Assembly: GCA_902617525.1 (NCBI GenBank)
Contig: CACMWW010000004.1
Location: 12,672 to 76,671, forward strand
Source of the DNA: an uncultured Pelagibacteraceae bacterium
Lineage (GTDB): Bacteria; Pseudomonadota; Alphaproteobacteria; Pelagibacterales; AG-422-B15
Direction of reading: 5' to 3'
DNA length: 64,000 nucleotides
Made by a program: the position numbers and the translations under genes. This document shows positions 1 to 9,670 of the stretch, piece by piece. Under the pieces are notes generated by a model, which worked only from the letters and a program-made list of their open reading frames with translations, did not search any database and was not told the origin of the DNA. Within the stretch, counting starts at the first letter, position 1, and every line of letters starts with the position of its first letter.

Positions 1-1
1 A

Positions 2-751
2 AATGTAACGGGCAAAAGAAAACTGGAAAAGTTATATAGAGATTATTCAGAAAATGCCGGTGACCCAGTTTACTTTTGGAGAGATATTTTAAAACTCATG
101 GATATTAAAATAAATAATAAATCATCATATCCTCTAAAAGTTCCTTCAACGGGACCTCTTATGGTCATTGCAAATCATCCTTTTGGCATTATTGATGGAT
201 TAATTCTATGTTCATTAATTTCAGATTATAGAACTGACTTTAAAATAATGACGCATGAGACCCTCCAATTTTTACCACAATTGTCAAACTATATTCTTCC
301 AGTTGATTTCAGTAATAATAAGAACAAAACTATAAAAAATAATATTGAAATTGCTAAGCAAGCAAAGAAACATTTATACAATGATAAGGGAGTATTAATT
401 GTATTTCCATCTGGCAGTGTTTCAACAGCAAAAAATATTCTTTCTGAGGCACAAGATGATGATTGGAAACTTTTTCCAGCAAAATTAATACATCAAACAA
501 AATCAGATATATTACCTATTTATTTTGAAGGAAAAAACGGTTTACTATTTCATTTATTTGCATCTAAAATAAATAATCAAACACTCAAATATTCTACTTA
601 TATTCATGAGACAAAAAAAAAGCTTGGTAAAAAAATAAATATTTACTCTGGAAGAATAATTAACTATGAAAATATCAAGTCAATAAAAAATCGATCAGAG
701 CTTATGAATTACTTAAAAAATATAACATACAAACTGAAAGATAAAAATTAG
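2..751 (+). CDS. Lysophospholipid / 1-acylglycerol-3-phosphate acyltransferase family protein (PlsC-like), 5' end cut by window edge
   Basis: Track ORF 98..751. The same frame stays open back to nt 2 (NVTGKRKLEKLYRDY...FWRDILKL then MDIK), so the true start is probably upstream of the window. Carries the HX4D acyltransferase motif NHPFGIIDG and a downstream FPSGSVS block. Confidence 0.75.
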   Translation, partial: NVTGKRKLEKLYRDYSENAGDPVYFWRDILKLMDIKINNKSSYPLKVPSTGPLMVIANHPFGIIDGLILCSLISDYRTDFKIMTHETLQFLPQLSNYILPVDFSNNKNKTIKNNIEIAKQAKKHLYNDKGVLIVFPSGSVSTAKNILSEAQDDDWKLFPAKLIHQTKSDILPIYFEGKNGLLFHLFASKINNQTLKYSTYIHETKKKLGKKINIYSGRIINYENIKSIKNRSELMNYLKNITYKLKDKN

Positions 752-752
752 T

Positions 753-1775
753 CTATTTGTATTTTTTTAATTCTGCGTCACAAATTAACTTTACCAAATT
801 ATCAAAATTTGTTTTGGGTTTCCAATTTAAATTCTTTTTTGCTTTATCTGATTTTCCATGTTTATATTGAATATCAATTGGTCTGAAGAATTTTTTATCT
901 ATTTTAATTATTACTCTATCAGTTGCACTATCAATTCCCTTTTCATTTAATCCACTTCCAGTCCATTTTAGGTCAAAACCTAAATAATTAGACGCTTTAT
1001 TTATGAATGTTTTTACTGAATTTATCATACCAGAAGATATTACATAATCCTCAGGTTTTTTTTGTTGAAGCATTTTCCACATTGCTTCAACATAATCATC
1101 TGCGTACCCCCAATCTCTTTCAGCATATATATTTCCTAATATGAGATTTTTTGACTTTTTGTGTTTTATTTTAATAAGCTCAGAAATGATTTTTTTTGAT
1201 ACATACTCATCACTTCGAAGAGGTGACTCATGATTAAAGAGAATGCCTGAACAACAAAATAGGCCATAGGCATCTCTGTAAAGATTTATCATCCAGTGAG
1301 CATTAAGTTTTGACACAGCATAGGGGCTAATTGGTTGAAAGCTTGTTTTTTCATCAAAATATTTTGACTTTACATTACCAAACATTTCAGAGCTTGATGC
1401 TTGATAAAATTTTGTTTTTTTTGAAAAATTACGAATTGACTCAAGTATTCTCATTACTCCGAGCGCATTTACATTATTAGTATAAACAGGATTTAAAAAT
1501 GATTTATCGACAAAAGATTGTGCAGCAAGATTGTAAATTTCATTAAACTTTTCTTTTTTAATTACTTGATTTATTTTTTTTTCATCTAGCAACTCAAAAG
1601 GTATAAGTTTAATTTTATTATGAACTCCTAATTCTTCAAGGCGCCAAGGTTTAAGACGAGTATCATAGCGTATGCCACCAATAACGTTATATCCCTTTTT
1701 GATAAGTAGTCTTGCCAAATATGCGCCATCTTGTCCAGAAATACCGGTTATTAAGGCTTTCTTTTTTTTTGACAT
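753..1775 (-). CDS. gmd: GDP-mannose 4,6-dehydratase, divergent second copy
   Basis: 340 aa. Motifs: ALITGISGQDGAYLA Rossmann, ASSSEMFG, SPYAVSK (YxxxK), [18 protein letters not shown]. Aligns by eye along its whole length with the gmd at 43882..44949. Confidence 0.85.
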   Translation of the reverse strand: MSKKKKALITGISGQDGAYLARLLIKKGYNVIGGIRYDTRLKPWRLEELGVHNKIKLIPFELLDEKKINQVIKKEKFNEIYNLAAQSFVDKSFLNPVYTNNVNALGVMRILESIRNFSKKTKFYQASSSEMFGNVKSKYFDEKTSFQPISPYAVSKLNAHWMINLYRDAYGLFCCSGILFNHESPLRSDEYVSKKIISELIKIKHKKSKNLILGNIYAERDWGYADDYVEAMWKMLQQKKPEDYVISSGMINSVKTFINKASNYLGFDLKWTGSGLNEKGIDSATDRVIIKIDKKFFRPIDIQYKHGKSDKAKKNLNWKPKTNFDNLVKLICDAELKKYK

Positions 1776-1884
1776 ATTTACTGAGAAAAGAAATTTATTA
1801 TTTAAAAAATTATTTAAATTTATATCATCATAAAAATATACAACAATGTATTTTTGTTAAATTTAAATTATAATTATTAAGAAG

Positions 1885-2826
1885 ATGAGTAAAAAGAATA
1901 AAGATAACTTTAAAGTAATAACTTTTTATAGATTTGTTAGTATACAAAAAATAGGTTCTATTAAGAAATATATTGAAATTTTTTTGAGAGAAAGACTTGT
2001 AAGAGGAACAATTTTAATTTCAAAAGAGGGTATTAATGGCTCAATTTCAGGAAGTTTTAAAGATATGAATCTAACAATAAATTATATAAAAAAAATTCTA
2101 AAAATTAGAAAAATAAATATTAATATAAACGATTCTGATTATTTACCTTTCAATAGAATAAAAGTTAGACTTAAAGATGAAATTATTGGTTTTGATAAAG
2201 GTAAAATAAACGTTAATAAAATACACAATAACCATGTTGACCCATCAAATTGGAATAAACTAATAAATCAAAAAAACGTAAAACTAATTGATACAAGAAA
2301 TAATTATGAAATTGGTATTGGCAGATTTTATAATTCGATTAATCCACAGACAAGTTCATTCAGAGAATTTCCAAAAAAATTTGAACAGCTTAAAATTAAT
2401 AAGACAGATAAATTAGCATTATATTGTACCGGTGGTATTAGATGTGAAAAAGCTGCAGTGTTTTTACAAAAAAAAGGTTTCAAACGTGTGTATCAATTAA
2501 AAGGGGGGGTTCTCAATTATTTAAATTATACAAGTAAAAGAAAGAGAAAATCATTATGGTATGGAGAATGTTTTGTTTTTGACGAGAGAGTTGCAGTCAA
2601 TAATCAACTTATTGAAGGAAATTATATGCAATGCTATGGATGCAGAAGACCAATCACAAAAAATGATATGAGATCAAAAAACTACATTAAAGGTGTACAG
2701 TGCTCTTATTGTTACAAAGAAAGAACAAAAGAACAAAAGAAACGATCATTAACAAGACAATTACAAATAGAAAAATATGAAAGTAAAGGTTTTCATCATA
2801 CATTTAAAAAAATAAATAAATCATAA
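1885..2826 (+). CDS. trhO: Rhodanese-domain tRNA uridine(34) hydroxylase (UPF0176/YceA family)
   Basis: 313 aa. N-terminal FYRF... UPF0176 region, rhodanese active-site loop CTGGIRCEKA, and a C-terminal Cys cluster (CYGC...CSYC). Confidence 0.8.
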   Translation: MSKKNKDNFKVITFYRFVSIQKIGSIKKYIEIFLRERLVRGTILISKEGINGSISGSFKDMNLTINYIKKILKIRKINININDSDYLPFNRIKVRLKDEIIGFDKGKINVNKIHNNHVDPSNWNKLINQKNVKLIDTRNNYEIGIGRFYNSINPQTSSFREFPKKFEQLKINKTDKLALYCTGGIRCEKAAVFLQKKGFKRVYQLKGGVLNYLNYTSKRKRKSLWYGECFVFDERVAVNNQLIEGNYMQCYGCRRPITKNDMRSKNYIKGVQCSYCYKERTKEQKKRSLTRQLQIEKYESKGFHHTFKKINKS

Positions 2827-3315
2827 GTTATTTTTTTTCACAAAACTTAATAAATTATCTTCATTAAATAAATATCCTTTTATTCCAAATTTTTTTGCAC
2901 ATAGCATATCGCTCTCGCTATCACCTATGAGTAAACTTTTTGTCTTATCGAAGTTCCATTGATCATGTGCCATTTCTAACATACCAGTGTTAGGTTTCCT
3001 TAAATTTGATAATTCTGGAAATTTAGAATGGTATTCTGGATGATATGGGGAGTAGTAAAACTCATCGATGTTAGTGTCGTTTTTATTTAATTCTGAATTT
3101 ATAAAACTATGCAACTTTTTAACATCCTGGGAAGAATAGTAGCCTCTAGATATACCCGACTGATTTGTTGCTACCAAAATTAAATACCCCTTGTTTTTAA
3201 AATACTTAATTGTTTGTATCGCGCCATCTATCCATTTAAAGTCCTCAATTTTATAAACGTATCCTTTATCAATATTTAAAACTCCGTCTCTATCAAAAAA
3301 AACAGCAGGACTCAT
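2821..3315 (-). CDS. gmhB: D-glycero-D-manno-heptose 1,7-bisphosphate 7-phosphatase (HAD superfamily)
   Basis: 164 aa. Motifs: HAD motif I FFDRDGVLN, VATNQSGISRGYY, LIGDSESDM. Sits next to hldC/hldA. Confidence 0.85.
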   Translation of the reverse strand: MSPAVFFDRDGVLNIDKGYVYKIEDFKWIDGAIQTIKYFKNKGYLILVATNQSGISRGYYSSQDVKKLHSFINSELNKNDTNIDEFYYSPYHPEYHSKFPELSNLRKPNTGMLEMAHDQWNFDKTKSLLIGDSESDMLCAKKFGIKGYLFNEDNLLSFVKKNNL

Positions 3316-3325
3316 TAGTTTAAAC

Positions 3326-3802
3326 TCATTGCTTTGATAATCTCTGATTAATTATTTTTGTAGTACTGTAACCACTTAATAGTTTTATTATTTTTATACT
3401 TCCACCATTTTTTATAACAGTATCAGCACCTACTATTGCCTTTTTTTCGTAATCACTACCTTTAATTAATATATCTGGCAATAATTCTTGAATAATTTTA
3501 AGGGGAGTATTTTCATCAAATAAAATAATAGCGTCAACAAAATCAGTATTTAATAATTTTTTTATCCTTATATTTTGATTATCAATTGGTCTACTATCTC
3601 CCTTTAATAACTTTACTGATTTATCAGAATTCAAAGCAATAATAAGAAAATCGCATGTTTGTTTTGACTCGTCTAATAACTTTAAATGTCCCATATGCAA
3701 TAAATCAAAACAGCCATTTGCAAGTCCTATACATAGGCCATCTTTTTTTAATAACATTATTTTCTTTTTAAGTTCTTTTAATGAGTAAGTTTTATTTACC
3801 AT
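3326..3802 (-). CDS. hldC: D-beta-D-heptose 1-phosphate adenylyltransferase (stand-alone RfaE domain II)
   Basis: 158 aa. Cytidylyltransferase-fold signature GCFDLLHMGHLKLL (HxGH). Its start shares one nucleotide with the hldA stop (TAATG at 3802). Confidence 0.85.
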   Translation of the reverse strand: MVNKTYSLKELKKKIMLLKKDGLCIGLANGCFDLLHMGHLKLLDESKQTCDFLIIALNSDKSVKLLKGDSRPIDNQNIRIKKLLNTDFVDAIILFDENTPLKIIQELLPDILIKGSDYEKKAIVGADTVIKNGGSIKIIKLLSGYSTTKIINQRLSKQ

Positions 3803-4785
3803 TAATTTATTAATTCATTGAGCGTCAAAGAGGCGGCTTCAATTTTTTGAACAACTTTTCCAGCTGCATAGTTTGCGATTTTAACTGATTTTTCTGTATC
3901 TATCCCAATAGCTTTCATTAACGCAAGAGAAGCAACAACAGTATCTCCTGCACCGGTTACATCTTCTGCCTTTTTTGTGGTAGCATTAAAATTTTTATGA
4001 TTTTGATCTGTAACTAAGGTCATCCCTTTCTCAGATCTGGTAACGAGAATTTCTGAAATCTTATTTTTTTTAATTATTTTTCTTGCAGCATTAATTATAT
4101 TTTTCTCATTTTGACTTAAATTAAAATTATTTGAAGCTATAGATAATTCGTGTAAGTTTGGGGTAACGATATCGGCACCTTTATATAAATTGAAATTCTT
4201 TTGTTTTGGATCAATTATAATTATTTTATTATTTTTTTTAGTTTTTTTAATTAAATTACTAAATAAAATTTTTCCAAAAAATCCTTTACCATAATCTGAG
4301 AGTAATACAATATCACATTTTTTAATTTCTTTCTCAAATATATCTAAGATTTTTGAATTTGCCTGATGACTTAACTTAAAATTATTTAATTCGTGATCAA
4401 GTCTCAGTAAATGTTTCTTTTTATCTACGAACCTAATTTTTTTAGGCACAAAATACCCTTTGTTCTTTATTGATATGCTCTTTAAATTTTTTTTATACTT
4501 TTGTAACTGATTAATTTTTTTGATGTCTTTCTTTTTATTATCACCTATATATATCATCGTAACATTGGCACCCAAACTAAGGATATTCTTAGCAACATTC
4601 CCTACACCGCCTAAGCCGTAAGCTTCTTTTTCATAAGACAGAATAGGTATTGGTGCCTCAGGCGAAATTCTATGAACTGACCCATAAATATACCTATCAA
4701 TAACTAAATCTCCTAAACATAAGACCCTTGTCTTCTTAATTTTTTGAAGATTCTTTTTTATTATTTCTCTAAGATTTTTTTCCAC
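3802..4785 (-). CDS. hldA: D-beta-D-heptose 7-phosphate kinase (stand-alone RfaE domain I, PfkB family)
   Basis: 327 aa. PfkB carbohydrate kinase layout with N-terminal LGDLVIDRY and C-terminal DVTGAGDTVVASLA. Confidence 0.85.
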   Translation of the reverse strand: MEKNLREIIKKNLQKIKKTRVLCLGDLVIDRYIYGSVHRISPEAPIPILSYEKEAYGLGGVGNVAKNILSLGANVTMIYIGDNKKKDIKKINQLQKYKKNLKSISIKNKGYFVPKKIRFVDKKKHLLRLDHELNNFKLSHQANSKILDIFEKEIKKCDIVLLSDYGKGFFGKILFSNLIKKTKKNNKIIIIDPKQKNFNLYKGADIVTPNLHELSIASNNFNLSQNEKNIINAARKIIKKNKISEILVTRSEKGMTLVTDQNHKNFNATTKKAEDVTGAGDTVVASLALMKAIGIDTEKSVKIANYAAGKVVQKIEAASLTLNELIN

Positions 4786-5266
4786 TTTTTATTAATTTTT
4801 TTATATGCTTCAAAAACTTATCCCAATCATCAGAAGATATTATATAACCTATGCATTTTTTTGAATGACATTTACATATATGGTCTCGATAGTCATTTTT
4901 ATCAAAGGTATAGCCATAATCATAAGAAAGCTCTTCTCCTTTATTAATTTTTTTAATTGATTTAATCCATATTTTATTTTTGATAATTTCCACCTCACAG
5001 TTTGGGTCACAAGAGTGATTAATATATCTTGCTTTATTGTAAAGTGGTGAACCATCAATATCGTATTTGCTGTTTAACTCAAAAATGTAAACTGAACCAA
5101 GATCCGGTGATTTCATTGACCTCTTAATCAAATTAGATGATCTTTTATCTCCCTCTTTTTTTGTTATTTTTTCACCTATATATTCGATGATAAGTGTGTT
5201 TTTTCTAATATTTTTAGTTGCAAAAATTCCAGATCCGTGAATTTCAGAATTACGCACTTTCCACAT
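4769..5266 (-). CDS. SET + post-SET domain protein (putative protein-lysine methyltransferase)
   Basis: 165 aa. Motifs: HGSGIFA (GxG), RYINHSCDPNC (NHSCxPN), ELSYDYGY (ELxYDY), and a post-SET Cys cluster CKCHSKKCIG. ATG confirmed at 5264-5266. The 3' end overlaps hldA by 17 nt. Confidence 0.85.
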   Translation of the reverse strand: MWKVRNSEIHGSGIFATKNIRKNTLIIEYIGEKITKKEGDKRSSNLIKRSMKSPDLGSVYIFELNSKYDIDGSPLYNKARYINHSCDPNCEVEIIKNKIWIKSIKKINKGEELSYDYGYTFDKNDYRDHICKCHSKKCIGYIISSDDWDKFLKHIKKLIKSGKKS

Positions 5267-5275
5267 ATTGATGAA

Positions 5276-6049
5276 TTAATTTGATTTATTGTATTTAAAT
5301 TTTCTAATTGCAAGAAAAGTAGAAATCAACAATTGAACAATGAATGCAACAATTAATGACGCTGCTAAATAATATTTAAAGGGCCATTTTTCAGATGAGA
5401 ATCTAATGTCATTAACATCATAAAATGCAAACATTGAACCTCCTTGAATTAAAGGTTGATATTTGCTTAATTTTTTTTGCGTTTCACTTGCAGCTACTTG
5501 TTTAACTTGAATTTCGTTTAATATTATATTCTTTTTTTTATCTTCTTCATTACCATCGGTATTATTTAATACGTCTGATCCTAGATAATCTATCTGAGCT
5601 TTATATATAGTCGCCTGTTCATCGATAGATGATTTAATTGCTTCTAAAGAATTTAATTCAGCCAAAATGAAAAGGTCCTCAAAAAAAGATCTGATTTTTG
5701 CTTTATCATTATATGATACGGTTAGAAAAGCATCTTTAAGAATAACAGTTCTGACCAATGAACTATTCATATTATTTTTTGATAATGCTTCGTTTATTGT
5801 ATTATATTTTGTTACTTCATAAGTGAACAAGTTATATACATCATCTTTATTAATTAAAAGATCTAGTGAAGGATTTTGAAATTCAAGATTATTTATTACT
5901 TTTGTTCTTGCCTTATATACTTCAGGTGTTGAATAGTAGTAATACATTCCTGAGGAAACTGATAAAAATACTACTAATAAAAACAAAATCCAATTTTTAA
6001 ACATTTGTTCAAAAATTGTTACAACGTCTACTTCATAATCGTCCTGCAT
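5276..6049 (-). CDS. Polysaccharide chain-length determinant (Wzz/PCP-like) membrane protein
   Basis: 257 aa. One TM helix near each end (ILFLLVVFLSVSSGMYYYY and YYLAASLIVAFIVQLLISTFLAI) flanking a helical or coiled periplasmic region. The topology is typical of Wzz. Confidence 0.55.
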   Translation of the reverse strand: MQDDYEVDVVTIFEQMFKNWILFLLVVFLSVSSGMYYYYSTPEVYKARTKVINNLEFQNPSLDLLINKDDVYNLFTYEVTKYNTINEALSKNNMNSSLVRTVILKDAFLTVSYNDKAKIRSFFEDLFILAELNSLEAIKSSIDEQATIYKAQIDYLGSDVLNNTDGNEEDKKKNIILNEIQVKQVAASETQKKLSKYQPLIQGGSMFAFYDVNDIRFSSEKWPFKYYLAASLIVAFIVQLLISTFLAIRKFKYNKSN

Positions 6050-6129
6050 GTCAGACCTTTCTGTGAATAATTATCATTTATATATTAAATTAATTATTTG
6101 TATAAGATTATTATTAAATTATGGATGAT

Positions 6130-8010
6130 TTATTTTTGATAGTTAAAGTCTGGTATTAACTTTTGAAAAATATCTATAATTTGTTCTTCATCAAAAGACT
6201 CTATGCAGGAATTAATATCTTCTAAATAATTAATAAGTAAGTCACTATTGAAACCTTCTTCTTTAGAAACTAAAATCCTTGGATGTTTTGTAATAGAGGA
6301 ATCTTTACCAATAACTAATTCTTCAAAAAGCTTTTCACCTTTACCTAAACCAATAATAGATATTTCTATGTCACCATCAGGATTTTTTCTGTCTTTAATG
6401 GTCAATCCTCTTAAATGAATCATTTTCTTTGCCAAGTCATAGATTTTAACTTGCTTGCCCATATCTAACAAAAATACTTCTCCATTATTTCCCATTGCCC
6501 CTGCCTGAATTACTAACTGAGAAGCCTCAGTGATTGTCATGAAATATCTTATAACATCTTCGTGTGTTACAGTTATTGGTCCGCCCTGACTAATTTGTTT
6601 TTCAAATAATGGGATCACTGACCCACTTGAGCCTATAACATTTCCAAAACGTACAATAGAGAAACGAGTATTGGCATTTGCCTTACTTTGTACAATCATT
6701 TCAGAAATTCTTTTAGTTACACCCATTATACTTGTTGGTCTTACAGCTTTATCAGTAGAAATTAATACAAAATTATTTACTTCAGCAGTTATTGAGGCTT
6801 TCACACAACTATATGTTCCTAAAATATTATTTTTAGCTCCTTCAATTATATTATTTTCCAAAATATTGACATGCTTGTAAGCAGCGGCATGATACACAGT
6901 ATTTATTTTATATTTATTACATATTTTTTTTATTAATTCTTCATTATTAACAGATCCTAAAACTGGGAGAAATTTAGTTTTGATGTTTTTTTTATTTTTT
7001 TCTTCGTTTAGTTTACCAGTTATTTCATATAAAGAAAATTCATCATGATCTAATAATATAACTATTATTGGATTTAAATTAATTAGCTGCAAGCAAAGCT
7101 CAGAACCGATTGAACCTCCTGCTCCTGTTACAAGAACGCTTCTTTTTTTAACATCACTATTTAATAATTCTTGAACAGGAGGAACGACTTCTCTTTCGAG
7201 TAATTTTGATATATTTAATTTTTTAAAACTAGAAAGATCTGATTTACCATCCAATATGTCAGATAATGAAGGTATCTGTTCAATTCTTATTGGAATATTC
7301 TCTAATATATCTAGTAAATACTTATCTTTATAAAGTTTATTTTCTGAAACAAGCAGCCTTTCGATATTATGTTTATTTATTATTTTATTTAGATCATTCA
7401 TAGAGTGTACAGGGAGATTGAATATCTTCTGATTTTTAAATATCTCTTTTTTACTGTTACTAAAGAAACATATTATTTTGATATTACTGCTATATTTCAA
7501 ACGTTCTGCCAGGCTTATTGCATCTTCAGATGTGCCAAGTATAGCAACATTTTCTGTTTTATTTGCTTTCATATGACTACTAATAGTTGAATTAAGTATT
7601 AGCCATCTTGCTGTAAGTCTTGAGGAAGATAGTAAGAGAATTAAAATTATCCAATTAATAAAGATTATAGACCTCGGAACATTCTCTGAGGGGGCAACTT
7701 CAAAAGCACCTAAAAAAATTAAAAAACCAAAAATAATTGCATGTACTATTGTTGCTTGAAATATAGTTAGAAGAAAATCAAGGTTTATGTATCTGGTAAC
7801 TGTATTATAGAGACCGAAGTAAAAGAAAATGGGAATTGCAGATATGATAGAAATTATAAATAATAAAACAATTTCATTGTTTGGAATAAAAATATTTTCT
7901 AATCTTAATGAAAAAGACAATTCTAGTGCCACTAATAGTATTAATGAGTCAATAAAAACCATCATTGACTGTTTTCTTTGTCTTGATTGAGAGGCTAATA
8001 ATCTAAGCAT
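6130..8010 (-). CDS. Membrane-anchored UDP-HexNAc 4,6-dehydratase (CapD/PglF/WbpM family)
   Basis: 626 aa. About 4 N-terminal TM helices, then an SDR domain with VLVTGAGGSIGSEL, HAAAYKHV and STDKAVRPTSIMGVTKR. Confidence 0.85.
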   Translation of the reverse strand: MLRLLASQSRQRKQSMMVFIDSLILLVALELSFSLRLENIFIPNNEIVLLFIISIISAIPIFFYFGLYNTVTRYINLDFLLTIFQATIVHAIIFGFLIFLGAFEVAPSENVPRSIIFINWIILILLLSSSRLTARWLILNSTISSHMKANKTENVAILGTSEDAISLAERLKYSSNIKIICFFSNSKKEIFKNQKIFNLPVHSMNDLNKIINKHNIERLLVSENKLYKDKYLLDILENIPIRIEQIPSLSDILDGKSDLSSFKKLNISKLLEREVVPPVQELLNSDVKKRSVLVTGAGGSIGSELCLQLINLNPIIVILLDHDEFSLYEITGKLNEEKNKKNIKTKFLPVLGSVNNEELIKKICNKYKINTVYHAAAYKHVNILENNIIEGAKNNILGTYSCVKASITAEVNNFVLISTDKAVRPTSIMGVTKRISEMIVQSKANANTRFSIVRFGNVIGSSGSVIPLFEKQISQGGPITVTHEDVIRYFMTITEASQLVIQAGAMGNNGEVFLLDMGKQVKIYDLAKKMIHLRGLTIKDRKNPDGDIEISIIGLGKGEKLFEELVIGKDSSITKHPRILVSKEEGFNSDLLINYLEDINSCIESFDEEQIIDIFQKLIPDFNYQK

Positions 8011-8027
8011 AAATAAATTTTTTTATT

Positions 8028-8750
8028 TCAATAACTTTTAAAAATACTGCTTGCACCTGGAGGTATTGAGGGCTTGAGTTTATTTTTTCTAAGAGAAATT
8101 TCTAATAAATCATTTTCAATTTTCATTTTTTTTAGATCCGAATTAATTAATTTTAGTGCCATTTTTTTTGAAAATATAGCAATTCCAGTATAAATAATTA
8201 ATTTTAAGTCTAAAATAATAGAATTATTTTTAACATATATTAGTCCCAACTTACTTTTCCAAGGACGTATTAATTGATTATAAGCTATTTCAGGATTTTC
8301 GTAATCAGACAATATTTCAGACTCATCTGAAAAAATAATTGAAGCAAAGTCAGTTATTCCTGGTTTAACGCTCAGTAATTTTGTTTCTTCAAGGGTGTAT
8401 ACATTAACATCTTTCTCTACATTTGGCCTTGGTCCAACTATCGACATATTTCCATTTAATACATTAAAAAATTGAGTAATCTCATCTATTTTAAACTTTC
8501 GTACAATTTTTCCTATTTTAGTAATTCTACTATCACCTTCCTTTGTTGATAAAAAACCATCTGAATTTGTTACTTTCATAGACCTTAATTTGATCATTTT
8601 AAATTTTTTTTTATTTTTCCCAATACGTTCTGAAAAAAAAAGAGGATTATGATAATCTTGAAAAAAAATTAGTATTGAAAATAAGGTTATTATTGGAGAA
8701 AAAAAAATTAGCAAAAGTAACGAAATTAAAGTATCAAAAATTATTTTCAT
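8028..8750 (-). CDS. Initiating polyprenyl-phosphate sugar-phosphate transferase (small PglC/WbaP-C type bacterial sugar transferase)
   Basis: 240 aa. N-terminal membrane helix, KMIKLRSM, and DEITQFFNVLNGNMSIVGPRP. Confidence 0.85.
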   Translation of the reverse strand: MKIIFDTLISLLLLIFFSPIITLFSILIFFQDYHNPLFFSERIGKNKKKFKMIKLRSMKVTNSDGFLSTKEGDSRITKIGKIVRKFKIDEITQFFNVLNGNMSIVGPRPNVEKDVNVYTLEETKLLSVKPGITDFASIIFSDESEILSDYENPEIAYNQLIRPWKSKLGLIYVKNNSIILDLKLIIYTGIAIFSKKMALKLINSDLKKMKIENDLLEISLRKNKLKPSIPPGASSIFKSY

Positions 8751-8758
8751 TACTTATA

Positions 8759-9670
8759 TTAATTAAGAAGTGATTTTACTTTTTTTACTATCGATGCTGC
8801 ATCTAATTTATAGTGTTTCCTTAAATATTTTTGTGAACCTACTATTGAACTAAACTCATCATTTAAACCCATCATTTGAAATTTTCTTGGAATTTTTCCT
8901 TCAATCATACAGACTTCCGATACTGCACTGCCAAATCCTCCAAGAATATTGTTTTCTTCAATCGTTATTAAACCCCCAGTGTTTTCAGATGAGTCAAAAA
9001 TCTCTTTTTTATCTAATGGTTTAATTGAATGAAAACCAGACACTCTTACATTTATGGAGTCTTTTTTTAATAAATCAGCAGCTAAAATAGCCTCCTCCAA
9101 AACTCCTCCACATGCAGCTAATGTAAAATCTTTACCATCTCGAAATCGATAAGCTTTTCCAAACGTAAAATTAGATTGAGTTTCTTTACAATATGACTTG
9201 TCTAGTCTTAGATAACAAACATTTGAAATTTTACTTAATTCTTTTGTTAACATTTTTACATCTAGTTCTGTACAAGGAGTTGTAATTGTCGTATTTGGTA
9301 AAGATCTTAAAATTGACAAATCTTCAGTTGCATGGTGTGACATTCCCAGTGGACCATAACTAAATCCACCTCCGGATGAGATTATTGTAATATTTGCATT
9401 GTGGTAGCATGCATCATTTCTTATTTGCTCTAAACATCGTAAAGTAGGAAAATTTGCAATCGAATAAGTAAAAACTTTTTTTCCCTCTAAAGCCATTCCA
9501 ACTGCTACTCCAGTCATATTTTGTTCAGCAACACCAACATTAAAATACTGGTCTTTATATTTTTCTTCAAATTTTTCAAAAACACCAAATCCTAAGTCAG
9601 CAGTAAGTAAAACTATATTAAAATCTTTTTTAGCAATATCTATTAACGATTCTACAAAACTATCTCTCAT
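8759..9670 (-). CDS. Transketolase, C-terminal (pyrimidine-binding + C-terminal domain) subunit
   Basis: 303 aa. Has GVAEQNMTGVAVGMALEGKKVF and a C-terminal transketolase-like fold. Overlaps the N-terminal subunit gene by 11 nt. Confidence 0.8.
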   Translation of the reverse strand: MRDSFVESLIDIAKKDFNIVLLTADLGFGVFEKFEEKYKDQYFNVGVAEQNMTGVAVGMALEGKKVFTYSIANFPTLRCLEQIRNDACYHNANITIISSGGGFSYGPLGMSHHATEDLSILRSLPNTTITTPCTELDVKMLTKELSKISNVCYLRLDKSYCKETQSNFTFGKAYRFRDGKDFTLAACGGVLEEAILAADLLKKDSINVRVSGFHSIKPLDKKEIFDSSENTGGLITIEENNILGGFGSAVSEVCMIEGKIPRKFQMMGLNDEFSSIVGSQKYLRKHYKLDAASIVKKVKSLLN

